Shown: piece after piece, positions 20,958-31,381 of the stretch
Numbering within the stretch: the stretch's first letter is position 1
Layout of the letters: each line of letters begins with the position of its first letter
Source of the DNA: an uncultured delta proteobacterium
GTDB taxonomy: Bacteria; Desulfobacterota; Binatia; UBA9968
Assembly (NCBI GenBank): GCA_963760795.1
Contig: CAVXEP010000034.1
Span: forward strand, 32,001-96,000
Length of the DNA stretch: 64,000 nucleotides
Direction of reading: 5' to 3'
Made by a program: the position numbers and the translations under genes
The notes under the pieces: model-generated
Databases searched by the model: none
The model's input: the letters and a program-made list of their open reading frames with translations, nothing else
What the model was told of the DNA's origin: nothing

Positions 20958-22083
20958 ATGAAACATTTTGCTTACGTCATTGTCGGCGCCGGTTTCGCCG
21001 GCGCCGCCACCGCTTACCATTTGGCTCGCCAGGGGGTTGCCGATGTCCTGGTTTTGGAACAGGAAAGCATCCCGGGATTTCACGCTTCAGGACGCAATGC
21101 GGCGATGCTGCGCCAGTGTATCGCCGAGCCCGACCTGACTAAGCTGGCGCTCGATGGCGCGGCGTTTATCCGCAACCTGCCGGCGGATTGGCCGGAGCCG
21201 GTGCTATTCAAGAACAACGGCTCGTTGTTACTCGGCAGCGGTGCCGGCTGGGAAAAGCTAAAACGGGATGGCGAGATTGGCCGGAGTGTCGGCGTTCCCG
21301 GTATCGCCGAGTGGTCGCCGGAACAGAGCGATCGGCCATGTGCCGGTGCTCAAAGAGGCTGAGTTCGACGGCGCGCTGTGGTGCGCCAGCGACGGCGTCG
21401 TCGACATTCATGCGCTCTTGTCAGGTTATCTAAAGTTCGCCGCCAGCCGGGGCGCGCAGATTCGCTACAGTGCCGGGCTTCGGGCCGTGCGCGCGCGTCA
21501 GGGCGCGGATATCGAGTTGGATACCGCCGAGGGCGTCGTGAGTTGCAAGGTCTTAGTCAATGCCAGCGGCGCCTGGGCGAACGTCGTTGCTGAGTTGGCC
21601 GGCGCACGGCCACTGCCGTTGCGCGCCTGCCGGCGCCACTTGTTTGTCTCGCCGCCGCTGGCGTGGATCGATCGCAGTTGGCCGTTTGTCTGGGACGTCA
21701 CCCATGATATCTATTTTCGCCCGGAGGGTGACGGCTTGCTGCTCTGTGCTTGCGACCAGACCGAATTAGCGCCGGGCGATCCGCCGGTGGATGAATGCGT
21801 TAAAGAAATGCTCGCCGAGAAAATCCAGCGCCATATGCCGGGCCTATCCGAAGTGTCCATCAGCCGCGGCTGGGCCGGATTGCGCACGCTGACCCCGGAC
21901 GGCCGCTTCGTCATAGGTTGGGACAAGAAAGTCGATGGGCTGTTCTGGGTCGCCGGCCTCGGCGGTCATGGCATGACGACCAGCGCGGCGGTGGGTGAGT
22001 TGGCGGCGGCGTTGCTGGTTGGCGGGCCGGGCCAGCGCTCGGCGCCGTTTGCGCCGGAGCGATTCGATGAAGAATTGGTGTAA
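20958..22083 (+). CDS. FAD-dependent oxidoreductase, DAO/glycine-oxidase family (frameshift near 21300-21330)
   Basis: IVGAGFAG, ASGRNAA, WAGLRTLTPDG, GLGGHGM. Confidence 0.85.
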
Positions 22084-22098
22084 TGGAGTTGTGCGTTA

Positions 22099-23049
22099 AT
22101 GGAGTACTGGAGAAGATCAAGTCATCAGTGGATCATTGTCCTGGTGGCGCTGCTTGCCGCCGTTTCGCTGGGTGATGCGGCGCAACCGACCAAAGTGCGC
22201 ATGTCCTACTCGAGCCGGAGTAACTCGAACACGCCGTTTGTCATCGCCTATCGCAAGGGCTTCTTTGCCGAGGAGGGGATGGACGTGGAGATGATCCAAG
22301 TCAATCCGCGGCTGGGCGCCACCGCGTTGCTAAACGGCGATATCGATTTTACCGCAACCTTCGGCAGCACGTTGCGCGGCATTGTCGGCGGCTTTCCGAT
22401 CAAGTTTGTCGCCGTGTCGGTGAAAAAGTCCGAACACTTCTTAATCGTCAGGCCGGAGATCAAAGAAATTCGCGATCTCAACGGCAAGAAACTCGGCGTC
22501 GCGACGCTGTTCGGTTCGGATCAAAAGGCCGCCGAAGAAATGATCCGCGCCAAAGGTTTTTCCCCGAACATGATCAAGCCGATCACGCTCGGCGAAGCGC
22601 CGGTGCGGGCGCAGGCGCTGCGCTCGGGGTTGGTCGATGCGATCTCGGTTTCCTCGCCCTTCGATTTGAGCCTGCAAACCGAGGGCTTTCGCGCCTTGGC
22701 CGGGCCCAAGGATATCGAAATTGCCTTGCCGACTTCCGGCATCGCGGTGGCCACCCGCTTGCTGCAACAGAATCCCCAGCATGTAAAACGAGTGGTGCGG
22801 GCGTTGATGAAGGCGCACCGTTTCGTTTTCGACAATCGCAAAGAAGTGGTGCCGCAGATGATCCGTTATCTGGAGCAGAGCCCTGAGGTGGCCGAACGGT
22901 CCTACGACCTGATAGTTAACTCGCTCAGCCGCAACGGCGAGATCACCGATCATGAGTGGGAAGTGCTGACCGAGAAAAAGAAGACGGCGGATGAGGTGCG
23001 CGATTTCACGCTGCTGCGCGAAGTGCAGAAAGAATTGAAGATTCGATGA
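22099..23049 (+). CDS. ABC substrate-binding protein, NMT1/THI5 family
   Basis: Signal peptide, KGFFAEEGMDVE, DLNGKKLGV. Confidence 0.88.
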   Translation: MEYWRRSSHQWIIVLVALLAAVSLGDAAQPTKVRMSYSSRSNSNTPFVIAYRKGFFAEEGMDVEMIQVNPRLGATALLNGDIDFTATFGSTLRGIVGGFPIKFVAVSVKKSEHFLIVRPEIKEIRDLNGKKLGVATLFGSDQKAAEEMIRAKGFSPNMIKPITLGEAPVRAQALRSGLVDAISVSSPFDLSLQTEGFRALAGPKDIEIALPTSGIAVATRLLQQNPQHVKRVVRALMKAHRFVFDNRKEVVPQMIRYLEQSPEVAERSYDLIVNSLSRNGEITDHEWEVLTEKKKTADEVRDFTLLREVQKELKIR

Positions 23050-23159
23050 CGGAGCACTAAGCGTTGGGACGTCTCCCAGCGTCAGCCTGGACAGGACGCC
23101 ACCTGACGCAATATTTCCGATGTTTTTGCCAGACGTACCGACCAGTCGCGAGGTGACAC

Positions 23160-23936
23160 ATGAACATTGCTATCGAACGAGGAAAAAAATATTCCTCACA
23201 GGAAGCCAAGGCGATCGTCGATGGACTCTATGCCAAAGTGCGCGAGCGCTGGGAGGCGCGGGTCAATCAAAAGCCGTTCATGCAGCAGTTGATGGCCGGC
23301 AGGCTGCCGCATAAAACCTTGCAGCTGTTTTTTCGCAACTGGGGCGCGTACACCATCGAGATCAACACGCTGACCGCTTGCACCTACCATCGCAATATCA
23401 CCTTTCTCAAGGTGAATCGCGATCTGATGGGGCCGATTGGCGAGAAGATCGCCGACGAGTTTATTCATCCCAAACCGCCGGGCCATTTTCTCGTCATGAT
23501 GGAAACGGCGAAAGCGCTGGGTCTCAGCGAAGACGAAGTTTTCACCTCCTCGATGCTGTCGGAATTTCGCGGCAAGATCGATTTCATGCGCACCATCGTT
23601 TACGAGGGTTCGGCGGCGGAGTGGTACTCGGCGGTGACCACCGAGGAGCAGATCGGCCACTGGTCGGCGGCCTGTTACCAAGCGCTAACCACGCATTATG
23701 GTTTTGACCGCGCCAAAGCCACTTATTTCGCCACTCATGTCGAAGCGGACTTGGAAGAGCATGAAGAGGGCATCATGGGCCACGCGAGTTTCAATCGCAT
23801 GGCGTTGCAGCGGCTGCTCGAAACCGGCATGGCTGAAGAGCGGCCGACCTATGGTTTGGAATACTGCGCCATGACTTCGGTGGACCTGCACGGCGCGATG
23901 CTGCGCTCGGCCATGGATGAAGCGGAGCGGGGGTAG
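23160..23936 (+). CDS. Heme-oxygenase-like diiron enzyme (TenA/PqqC/CADD fold)
   Basis: DE...GH, TTEEQ, YFATHVEAD...H metal-ligand pattern. Confidence 0.8.
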   Translation: MNIAIERGKKYSSQEAKAIVDGLYAKVRERWEARVNQKPFMQQLMAGRLPHKTLQLFFRNWGAYTIEINTLTACTYHRNITFLKVNRDLMGPIGEKIADEFIHPKPPGHFLVMMETAKALGLSEDEVFTSSMLSEFRGKIDFMRTIVYEGSAAEWYSAVTTEEQIGHWSAACYQALTTHYGFDRAKATYFATHVEADLEEHEEGIMGHASFNRMALQRLLETGMAEERPTYGLEYCAMTSVDLHGAMLRSAMDEAERG

Positions 23937-23941
23937 AAAGA

Positions 23942-24022
23942 TTCACCACGGAGGGCACAGAAATCACAGAGTGAAGATTCGGATTCGTAATGTTGGCCGC
24001 AAAGAACGCAAAAGGCGCAAAT
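23942..24022. repeat. Periodic repeat relics (CACGGAG/CACAGAG and CGCAAA units)
   Basis: ttcaccacggagggcacagaaatcacagag and ccgcaaagaacgcaaaaggcgcaaa. Confidence 0.5.
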
Positions 24023-24045
24023 GAAGAATACTTTCGGAGGTTTCT

Positions 24046-24970
24046 ATGAAAGAAGTTAGAGGCATGGTGTTACCGAGTCCGACGGTGTTTCGCGAGGATG
24101 GCAGGGTCGACGAGCCGCTCATGCGCGAGCTGACCGAATGGTTTGTCGCCAGCGGCGTACAGGCGTTTTTTATTCTGGGCTCCTACGGCCAGGGGGCGGC
24201 GATGCATCCGGAGGAGCGCAAAAACGTCGCCGAGATCGTGGTCCAACAAGTGAAGCATCGGGTGCCGGTGGTGGTGCATATCGGCGCGGTCGATCCCTTA
24301 TACCGCCATCGACCTCGGCCAGCATGCCAAGGCGATCGGTGCCGAGGCCATCGGCCATGTCGGGCCTTACTATTACGCTGACCGCTCGGAGTACGAGATT
24401 ATCGAGCATATTAAAATGGTCGACCGTGCCGTTGGCATGCCCATGCTCATCTACAACAACCCGCGCTATTCCGGCTATAACATTCAGCCCAACTTCATGG
24501 CGCGTCTGGTCGAAGCCGTGCCGAATATTTTCGGCGCCAAGCTGGCGATGGGCAGCGTCGATGAAGCGATGGCTTACATGAAGGCGGTCAAGGCACCTTT
24601 CGCGCCCTACGCGTTGGCGAGCAACTTGGTTGCAGCGATGTCGGTGGGCGTCGCCGGGACGATTAGTCCGCCCTTGGCGGTGACCCCGGAGATCGGCGTC
24701 GAGTTGGTCCGCGCCATCGACGCCGGCGACGCTGTGCGCGCCCTGGCGTTGCAGAAAGACGTGATCCGCATTCACGATATTTTCCTGCGTTTGGCCGGTC
24801 CATTTGGCCGGACTATCTATCGCGAAGCGATGCGGCTGCGCGGTTTCGACGTGAAAATGTATCCGCGTTGGCCGTCCAAGCCGCTCAGCCGCGAGGCCTA
24901 CGACGAGCTGCGCGACTTGCTCACCGAACTGAAAATTATCGCCGTGGCCGGTCAAGTGAGGAGTGCCTAG
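24046..24970 (+). CDS. DapA-like (dihydrodipicolinate synthase family) Schiff-base lyase/aldolase (frameshift near 24298)
   Basis: GSYGQG in place of GTTGE; LIYNNP Tyr; GAKLA Lys. Confidence 0.85.
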
Positions 24971-24975
24971 GCGGC

Positions 24976-25921
24976 ATGAAGATAAACCGTCTGCTTGGGA
25001 TCGTTACTATCTTAAGTTTCGGCTCGCTTGCCGGCTCCGCGGCCCGCGCCGAAGAGCGTGTGCGGGTCGCGTTGTCGGTGCGCAACGTGGTCTTTCTGCC
25101 TTTTTACTACGCCAAAGCGCTGCGCATTTACGATAAGCATGGGCTCAACGTCGAGCTGATTCAGATGCGCAGCGATTTGCAGTTGGCGGGCTTGGTGTCT
25201 GGTGAAATCGACTTACACGCCATCGGTGGGCCCGGCGGGAACGGCCATCGCCAACTCGCTGCCGATCAAGGCGCTGGCAATACTCTACCGGGCACCGCTG
25301 TTTTCTCTCGTCAGCCCGGCGGGCACCGCCAACGCGAAAGAGTTGGAGGGTAAGAAAGTCGCGGTGTCGCGCATCGGCTCGGAAAGCCATCGTTATGGTT
25401 CGCTAATGATCGAGAGTGCCGGCGCCGACCCGAAGAAGGTGACCTTCATCCAGACCGGCAGCACGACGATCAGCCTGGCGGCGATTCAACAGGGAACCGT
25501 CAACGCGGCGGTATTGAGCCCGCCGTTTACCGGTATGATGGCGGAAAAAGGTTATAAAATTCTTGCTCGAAGCCGGTCGTTGGCCGAAGCGCCCTGGCTC
25601 GGTCTGGTCGCCAATCGCCAGAAGATAGACAAACAGCCGGAGCAGGTGCGCAACATGCTGCGCTCCATGCGCGATGTGGTGGCGGTGATGCGGCGCGACC
25701 GCGCCGGCGTGATTAGCTATATCGAGAAGGATTTCAAAGTGAGCACGGCCAACGCCACCGAATCCTACGAGGACATCATGGGCGTGACCATGGATAATTT
25801 AACCCTGCGCGACGAGCAGATCCAAAAATATCTCGACAATTCCTTGGCCCGCGGCGAAATCGGCAAACGGCTTATGGTCAATGAAATGTTCGATTTTTCG
25901 TTGCTGCGCAGTTTGAAATAG
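24976..25921 (+). CDS. ABC substrate-binding protein, NMT1/THI5 family (frameshift near 25213)
   Basis: Signal peptide, KHGLNVELIQM, ELEGKKVAVSRIGS. Confidence 0.85.
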
Positions 25922-25952
25922 GTTTTTGCTGAATACCGCCAAAGGAAGAAGC

Positions 25953-26930
25953 ATGTCTGACAAACCGACTCTATCGCTTGCCGCCGGTTACCATTTGCGC
26001 GCCAAGGCGCTGTGCGATGGCCGGGTCGGGCTCAAGAGCTTCGACCTGCGCGCCATCGCTTACGAAAACGATGGCTTGGGCCACGACGAGTTCATGGCCG
26101 GCAAGTTCGACGCCGGCGAGTTCTCCCTGGCGATGTATCTGGCGCTCAAGAGCCGCGCCGCGCCGTATATGGCGATCCCGGTTTTCCCCAATCGCAAATT
26201 TCGCCAGTCCTATATTTTCGTGCCCGAGGGTTCGCCGCTGACCGAGGCGAAGCAGCTCAAGGGCAAGAAGGTTGGCATTCCCAGTTGGCTCAACACCGCC
26301 GGGCTTTGGGCGCGTGGTATCTTGAGCGACGAGTACGGCGTCAAGCCGGCGGATATTCACTGGGTAATGCCGCGCAAAAACAAAGTTGATGTGACGTTGC
26401 CGGCGGGGACGCGGCTCGATGTTGTGGCCAGCGGCGAATCCTTGGCGGCGCGCATGCTCAAAGGCGAATTCGACGCGATCATCGTACCGGACTTTCCCGA
26501 GGAGCGAGGTTGGCGTCGTTTGCTCGCCGATTCCAAAGCCGTGGAACAGGATTTCTTTCGCCGTACGGCCATCTTTCCGACCAGCCATGCGATCACTTTT
26601 CACGCGGCCTATCTGGAGAAACACCCCGGCGCGGCGCAAGAAATGTTCGAGGCTTGTGTCGCGGCCAAGAATCTGGCGCTGCGCGACGACGCCGATGCGA
26701 CCTATTCGAACTTCGTCTGGAATCGCCAGGTGTGGGAAGAGCAGCGCGCGGTAATGGGGGCCGATCCCTGGAAGTTTGGTATCAAGCATAACGAGAAGGT
26801 GTTGAGCACCATGGTCCGCTACGCCGGGGAACAAGGGTTGTTGGCGCAGTCGGTGACGATCGATGATTTGTTTATTTCGTATCAACGAGGCCGATTGAAA
26901 GAAAAGGCATTGAGTACCTTCTCATCCTAA
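25953..26930 (+). CDS. 4,5-dihydroxyphthalate decarboxylase-like protein (periplasmic-binding-protein fold, no signal peptide)
   Basis: FDAGEFSL, AIPVFPNRKFR, TAGLWARGIL, DPWKFG; the C-terminus may carry an indel. Confidence 0.8.
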   Translation: MSDKPTLSLAAGYHLRAKALCDGRVGLKSFDLRAIAYENDGLGHDEFMAGKFDAGEFSLAMYLALKSRAAPYMAIPVFPNRKFRQSYIFVPEGSPLTEAKQLKGKKVGIPSWLNTAGLWARGILSDEYGVKPADIHWVMPRKNKVDVTLPAGTRLDVVASGESLAARMLKGEFDAIIVPDFPEERGWRRLLADSKAVEQDFFRRTAIFPTSHAITFHAAYLEKHPGAAQEMFEACVAAKNLALRDDADATYSNFVWNRQVWEEQRAVMGADPWKFGIKHNEKVLSTMVRYAGEQGLLAQSVTIDDLFISYQRGRLKEKALSTFSS

Positions 26931-27018
26931 CCTTCTCCCGCGAGGGGAGAAGGGACAAGACGTCGGAATGGTCGGTTCAATGGCTAAAGTTTTTTCTAGA
27001 ATTCAAACTGTAAATTTC

Positions 27019-28488
27019 ATGGCGATCACGACACATGAGCATGGCGGCCACGGCGATCATGGGCATGATCATGAGGGCGCGGTGGGGCCGCATACCCATT
27101 TGACCAGCGTCGGCATCGATATCGGCTCGTCGACCTCGCACCTGATGTTCTCACAATTGCTGATCGGTTACCCGTCGGTGTTGCAGCGCAAACCGTTGGT
27201 GCTGGAGCGCAAGGTGATCGCGCGCTCGCCGATCCTGCTGACGCCATTTTCCGGCGACTGGAACATCGAGGCTGGACCGCTTAGAGAATTGATTGAGGAA
27301 ACCTTTGCCGCGGCGGGACTCAGTCGGAACGATATCGATACCGGCGCGGTGATTATCACCGGCGAGGCCGCGCGGCGTGATAATGCGGCGAAGATCGCCG
27401 AGTTGTTCGCCGATGAAACCGGTAAGTTCGTCTGCGCCACCGCGGGACCGGCGTTGGAAACCATCATGGCGGCCCATGGTTCGGGGGCGGTGCAGCAGAG
27501 CCGCGACCAGGGACTGACGCTGCTCAATATCGATGTCGGCGGCGGCACGACCAAGATCAGCGTCATCGAGGCAGGGCGGATTCGCGGTACCACAGCGGTC
27601 AATATCGGCGCGCGCTTGGTGGCGCACAACGGTGCAGATGAAATCGTCCGCTTGGAGAAAGGCGGCAGGCGCTTTCTTGCTGACCTCGGTGAAAACCTCG
27701 ACTACGGCGCGAGAGCACCTGTCGAACTGCGCGCGCGCTTGGCAAACCGGATGGCGCGAGCTTTGTTCGATGCAATCGCCAGCGGCGCGCAGCCTTGGGA
27801 TGACTTTTACGTTACCGCGGGATTGGGCGTGCTGCCGAAGATCGATGGCATTCTCTTCTCCGGCGGTGTGTCCGAATATATCTATGCGCGTGAAAGCGCT
27901 TCCTTCGGCGATCTCGGGCCGTTTCTCGGGCGCGCGATTCGCGGCGAAGCGGAAGCCCGCGGGTTCGATATTCTCGACGCCGGTGAAGGCATCCGCGCCA
28001 CGGTTATCGGCGCTTCGCAATACACGGTACAGTTGAGCGGCGAGACGATCTTCGTTCCTGACAGTCTCCATCTGCCGGTGCGTAACCTGCGCGTGTTTGT
28101 CGTGCATTGCGATTGGTCGACGCCGGTGACGGAGCGGATTGAAAAGGCGGTTGTGCAACTGCTCGGCGCGCGCGACCCGGAAGTGCGCGGCTCGCCTTTC
28201 GCTCTGGCATTTTCGACGCCGCCGTTCGTCGGCTACGGCGCGGCGCAAGATATGGCCAAGGGCATCGATGCGGCGTTGGCGCGCTTAGCCGCTGACGACC
28301 GTCCGGTCGCCTTGGTCTTCGGCCAAAACGTCGGCCAGGTGATCGGCGGCATGCTATCGGCCAAATGGAACATGCCGTGCATCGACGAAGTGGCGCTGTC
28401 CGAGTTGGATTTCATCGATGTCGGCGCAGTGGTGCCGGAAGAGGGTTTCGTGCCGGTGGTGATCAAGAGTTTGGCGTTCGGTGTGTAA
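27019..28488 (+). CDS. eutA: EutA-like ASKHA-fold ATPase (ethanolamine ammonia-lyase reactivase family)
   Basis: SVGIDIGSSTSHL, GAVIITGE, FVCATAGP.LE, IDVGGGTTK, FSGGV, IRATVIGASQ, VPVVIKSL; His-rich N-terminus. Confidence 0.88.
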   Translation: MAITTHEHGGHGDHGHDHEGAVGPHTHLTSVGIDIGSSTSHLMFSQLLIGYPSVLQRKPLVLERKVIARSPILLTPFSGDWNIEAGPLRELIEETFAAAGLSRNDIDTGAVIITGEAARRDNAAKIAELFADETGKFVCATAGPALETIMAAHGSGAVQQSRDQGLTLLNIDVGGGTTKISVIEAGRIRGTTAVNIGARLVAHNGADEIVRLEKGGRRFLADLGENLDYGARAPVELRARLANRMARALFDAIASGAQPWDDFYVTAGLGVLPKIDGILFSGGVSEYIYARESASFGDLGPFLGRAIRGEAEARGFDILDAGEGIRATVIGASQYTVQLSGETIFVPDSLHLPVRNLRVFVVHCDWSTPVTERIEKAVVQLLGARDPEVRGSPFALAFSTPPFVGYGAAQDMAKGIDAALARLAADDRPVALVFGQNVGQVIGGMLSAKWNMPCIDEVALSELDFIDVGAVVPEEGFVPVVIKSLAFGV

Positions 28489-28660
28489 GTTCGCTTGGAC
28501 GAGCGGGTGTAATACTTGGCGCATAAGAGCCCATTGGAAGAGGTCAACCGCTTATTGGAGCGCAAACTTGCATGTGTTAAAAATTGACGGGGAGTTGTCG
28601 GACCCGGATCAACTGGCCGCAAAGTACGCAAAGGGCTCAACTAAGAATCGGGAGTCAAAA

Positions 28661-29377
28661 ATGTCCGCGGGAGCGAATGGCTTGGATAATTTGTGGCGGG
28701 AGCTGGTGCGGCTGTGCAACGAGCAGTTCCAGTCCCAGCCGTTCAAGCGTCTGCTGAATAGTAAGATTACCAAACTGCGGGCCCAGCATTACTCGATCCA
28801 GATGGCTTACTATGTGCAGAATCGGCGTGACTGCTGGGGCTATGTGCAGGGTTCGTCGCCCTTGCCGGTCAAACAAATCGTCTGGCGCCATGAAGAGGAC
28901 GAGTTGGTCGGCCAGAAGGCCCAGGGCAAAGTGGATCACATCACCCTGGCAATCAAAGAAGGCGAAGTGTTCGGCCTGAACGCCGAGGCCTTCGAGAAGA
29001 CCGCGCGCTTGGATGGCGGCGAAGTTTGTTTTAGCGCCTGGATTCAGTTGGCGCAGAAATCTTGGCTCGAAGCGATCGCGGCCTCGGCGATCCTGGAAAT
29101 GCGCAATTCCGGCGAGCTTATCGAAGGCGGTTCGTTGTCGCGCCGCATCGCCGCGATCTTTGAGCGCGATCTTGGCATACCGATGAAAAAACAAATCAAC
29201 AATGCCGAGCATGTGGTGATGGACGTCGAGCATGCCCATCTGTTGATGCAGGTGGCCAAGCAGTACGCGACTACGCCGTCGGCGCAAGAGGCGATCCTGT
29301 GCGGCGCGCGTGAAAGCCTGATGATCGACCGCGTCTATCGCGGCCACTTGGCCGACATGTTGGATAGTCTGGACTAA
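28661..29377 (+). CDS. Heme-oxygenase-like diiron enzyme
   Basis: HEEDEL...DH, LEMRN, HVVMDVEH. Confidence 0.8.
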   Translation: MSAGANGLDNLWRELVRLCNEQFQSQPFKRLLNSKITKLRAQHYSIQMAYYVQNRRDCWGYVQGSSPLPVKQIVWRHEEDELVGQKAQGKVDHITLAIKEGEVFGLNAEAFEKTARLDGGEVCFSAWIQLAQKSWLEAIAASAILEMRNSGELIEGGSLSRRIAAIFERDLGIPMKKQINNAEHVVMDVEHAHLLMQVAKQYATTPSAQEAILCGARESLMIDRVYRGHLADMLDSLD

Positions 29378-29409
29378 CGATTCTGCAGCAGCATTCAGAC
29401 GGAGGAACG

Positions 29410-30114
29410 ATGAATCTAGTGAAGGATCTTTGTGCCGAGCTCGACCAAATGGTCAACGACCAGTTCGACAGTGTCGAGTTCAAGGCGTTACTCAACCTGC
29501 CGCTGACCATGGAGCGGGCGCGTTTTTACGTCGTCCAAAACGCTTTATACACAAGCAACCGGCGCGACTGCTGGGGCTACGTTCAAGGCGCTGCGCCTTT
29601 GGACGTGAAACGGGTGATTTGGGAGCATGAGAGCGATGAATTGATCAACGATCCGCGCGCCGGCATGGATCACTACAACCTGACCGTGAAGCAAGGCGAG
29701 GTCATCGGCCTCAAGCGCGAGGATTTTGACAACGCGCAGGTGCCGGCGATGGTGCAGGCGTGCTTTCATGCCTGGCATCATATCGCCATGCGCAGCCACT
29801 GGCTGACGGCGTATACCGCTTCGCATATGCTCGAGCGCCGCAACAACGGTAAGATCGTCAAAGGCGGCGGCATGTCGTTTCGCGTCGGCAAGAAGTTCGA
29901 GAATGAGTTGGGCATCAATCTCAAGCGCATGATCTCAATGGATGTCCATGTCGCTGCCGATATGGAGCACTCCGAAAATATTTCGGAAATGTTCGAGAAA
30001 TATGCGAAGACGCCGGCGGATTGCGAACGCGTGCTCGAAGGCGCTCGCGAGTCGATGGCCATCGACCGGGCTTACCGCGGCGCTCTGGGTTTTTACATGG
30101 AGCGGATCAATTAA
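29410..30114 (+). CDS. Heme-oxygenase-like diiron enzyme (paralog of the upstream gene)
   Basis: HESDEL...DH, LERRN, HVAADMEH; shares NRRDCWGYVQG with 28661-29377. Confidence 0.8.
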   Translation: MNLVKDLCAELDQMVNDQFDSVEFKALLNLPLTMERARFYVVQNALYTSNRRDCWGYVQGAAPLDVKRVIWEHESDELINDPRAGMDHYNLTVKQGEVIGLKREDFDNAQVPAMVQACFHAWHHIAMRSHWLTAYTASHMLERRNNGKIVKGGGMSFRVGKKFENELGINLKRMISMDVHVAADMEHSENISEMFEKYAKTPADCERVLEGARESMAIDRAYRGALGFYMERIN

Positions 30115-30148
30115 TTTTCGGTTGGCGGACTGTTAAGGAGAAGCAACG

Positions 30149-31241
30149 ATGAAGAACCTAAATTTGAACGAAGCTTCGGCATATTCGGTGAAGAGTCCCT
30201 ACGAGATTTATCAAGAGTGGGAAGGGATTCCGGTTCACAAGGGTTTCATCGTGCCGGATTTGTTAGCGTTGGAGTTGGGCGACTGGCAGCGTAGCGGCGG
30301 CAAGGCGGCATTCGTCAATCAAGACGGCGCCGGCGGCATGTGCGACACGGTGGTCGAAGAGATTGCTCGCCGGCGGACAACTTAAACCACAGCGTCATAT
30401 GTACGAAAAGGCGGTTTTTATCCTCCAGGGCCAGGGAGCGACGACGATCTGGAATGAAGGCGGCAAGAAACATACCCTCGAATGGCAAAAGGGCAGTCTG
30501 TTCTCGACGCCGATCAACACCTGGCACCAGCATTTCAACGCCCAGGGGAGCGAGCCGGTGCGGCTGATTTCCCTGACCGATGCGCCGGTGGTGATCAATC
30601 GTTACCGCAATCTCGATTATATATTTAATAACAGCTTCACCTTTACCGATCGTTACGAAGGCGGCGCCGATGCTTGGAGCGGCGCTGGCGGGCGCTATCT
30701 GGGGCCGGAGATCAAGCGCGGCCGGGTGTGGGAGTCGAACTTTATCTCCGATCTATGGGCCTTCGAGCCCAAGGATTACAAAGAGCGCGGCGGCGACAAT
30801 CGCACGACGCTGTTCGAGTTCGTCGATAACACCATGAGCGCTCATGTGTCGGAATTTCCCATCGGCAAATATAAAAAAGCCCATCGCCATGGCGCCGGCG
30901 CGCATATCGTTATGCTCACTGGCTCGGGTTATTCGTTCCTCTGGCCGGAAGGTGAGTATGGCGCCAAGCGGCGCGTCGAGTGGGGTAGAATGAGCATGTT
31001 CACGCCGCCGATGCAGTGGTGGCACCAGCACTTCAATGCCGGTGGCGAACCTGCGCGCTATCTGGCGCTCAAACCCTGGGGCTTCAAATTCAAAGTCGAA
31101 GAATTGAAGGATACCGGCGAGGACGTGAAAAACGGCGGCGCTCAGATCGAATACCAAGATCAGAATCCGGAGATCCATCAAGTGTTTCTCGCCGAGTGTA
31201 AAAAGTCCGGCGCCGAGCCCCGTATGCCGATGTTCGGCTAG
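30149..31241 (+). CDS. Bicupin protein (gentisate-dioxygenase-like fold; frameshift near 30367)
   Basis: QRHMYE..., WHQHFN twice, YKKAHRHG. Confidence 0.85.
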
Positions 31242-31381
31242 TGAATTTTCGGCGCGAGAAGTTAGCTAAGGGCAATCGAAGGATTCGTAAAGCGGCGCAC
31301 GCTCTTGGCATTGGTGATATTTTCTCGACAAGTTCAAGCCTGTGTAGTAAAATCCAGTGAAATTCGATTTAGTCGCCACTC

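Noticed and set aside
27019-28488. Ethanolamine utilisation (eut) operon or microcompartment
   Set aside because: No eutB, eutC, shell proteins or aldehyde dehydrogenase genes are nearby.
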